From the NCBI GenBank assembly GCA_965649765.1, contig OZ287758.1, positions 56,544,001 through 56,608,000 of the forward strand: DNA of 64,000 nt, read 5' to 3'. Positions 62,743 through 64,000 of this stretch are shown piece after piece (within the stretch, counting starts at the first letter, position 1; each line of letters starts with the position of its first letter). Source of the DNA: Bispira polyomma. Its lineage: Eukaryota. The notes under the pieces were generated by a model that worked only from the letters and a program-made list of their open reading frames with translations, did not search any database and had not been told where the DNA came from. The position numbers were made by a program, and so were the translations under genes.

Positions 62743-64000
62743 ATGACAATGTTGATTGTAATTTATGTACTGACAATCTATCATGAGAATTATAAAAGGT
62801 TAATTGTACATGAAGAGTTTTGTACCAAGGATAATATAAACATCAGCTTATTGACAATGTGTGGTGATATTGAATCTAATCCAGGCCCAGATTGTAACAT
62901 CATTAAAAATTTTTATTCAAACATACAGAGTTTAAACAGTGCCAAATTTGAATATATATCAGATAATGTAATTTCAAAGTACGAGATTATTTGCCTTACT
63001 GAAACTAATGAACGAAATATTTTCTTTGAGCCTGCCTAACTTTCAAGAAATAGTTAGGAGAGATAGAGTTAATAGAGCATGGGGCAGTGTAGTGGCACAT
63101 ATATCGGATGACCTGGCATATGTTCATCGGAATGATCTAGAAGATGACAATCTTGAAATGCTGTGGCTAGAAGTGCGAACGTTTAACAAAAAATTATTGC
63201 TCGTCGTTTGTTATCGACCACCAAGTTCTCAAATTAATTTTTAGGAAAATCTACAGAATTCAGTTGACAACGCAAAATCTGGTGACATCTTGGACATAAT
63301 CTTAGCAGGAGACTTTAACTCTGATCCAAATACAAGAAATGATGATTACTTAAACATGTTTGCGCAGGTGAATAATCTTACTATCCTAGTGGACTTTCCA
63401 ACTAGAATAACGCCAAACACTCAAACTGTATTGGATCAGTTCATCACTAATTTTGAGGATAAAGTGATCAACGAATCTGTAGAGGAACCAGTACTGAATT
63501 CTGATCATATGTCGATAAGTCTAGAATTAAACTTAAAATATACCAAACGGAAAACTTATAAACGCCTAGCTTGGGATTATAAAAGGGCAAATTTTGATGA
63601 CTTTAGAAACTCTTTAAGGAACTCAGACTGGAAGGCTTGCTTTGTTGATGGTGATGTTGATACAACAGTAACAAGATGGACTCAAACTTTCTTAAATGTT
63701 GCACGAAGTTGCATACCAAATAAATTGGCTGAAATAAGGCCTAGTGACAAACCTTATTTACAACAACTTCTTGGCAAAAACTTAAACGGAAAAGAGACCA
63801 TGCTTTTAGATTAGCAAAAGAGATAACAATGACTATTATTGGTCAAATTACAAACAAATTCGTAACAATTACAACAGAGAAATTGTAGAAGCAAAAGAAT
63901 CATACGATCAAAATCTTAGTAAATACCTAGCTGATAAGCCACAGTCATTTAAAAAGTGGTGGGGCATAGCCAACTCCTTTTTAGGGAGAAACAAAGCAAC
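62743..64000 (+). pseudogene. CR1/L2-like LINE ORF2 5' part: 2A-like peptide plus APE endonuclease, frameshifted; runs off the window
   Basis: LLTMCGDIESNPGP, NIQSL, ICLTET, RRDR, LEMLWLE, CYRPP, AGDFN, PTRI..T.LD, SDH, YKRANFD, split across three frames. Confidence 0.9.

Overview
Animal genomic DNA, probably lophotrochozoan or molluscan; this is inferred from the repeat and SINE types, not established. Positions ~2.6-50.8 kb hold a + strand pumilio (PUF-family) gene. I can chain 17 GT-AG, phase-compatible coding exons from 10247 to 45615 (2547 nt, 848 aa), including a canonical 8-repeat PUM-HD and a long 3' UTR with Pumilio response elements. The most unusual feature is that nearly every intron carries tandem repeats or partial duplications seeded from the adjacent splice junction ('splice-site echoes'). 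Acceptor copies lie upstream of the real exon and donor copies lie downstream. They include an in-frame 78-nt duplicate of most of the PUF repeat-8 exon, a decoy acceptor leading to a premature stop, an array of micro-exon-like units, and a 6.3-kb 56-bp minisatellite bracketed by two copies of one acceptor. The same pattern points to extra unannotated alternative N-terminal exons. Downstream are a decayed L2-like LINE with a tRNA-SINE inserted, a nearly intact DIRS1-type tyrosine-recombinase retrotransposon (54006-61071; ITRs, ICR, gag, RT/RNase H/MTase, YR) nested in another decayed L2 fragment, and a CR1/L2-like LINE 5' region with a 2A-like (DIESNPGP) peptide ahead of an APE endonuclease. 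All calls were made by eye without alignment tools, and repeat boundaries are approximate.
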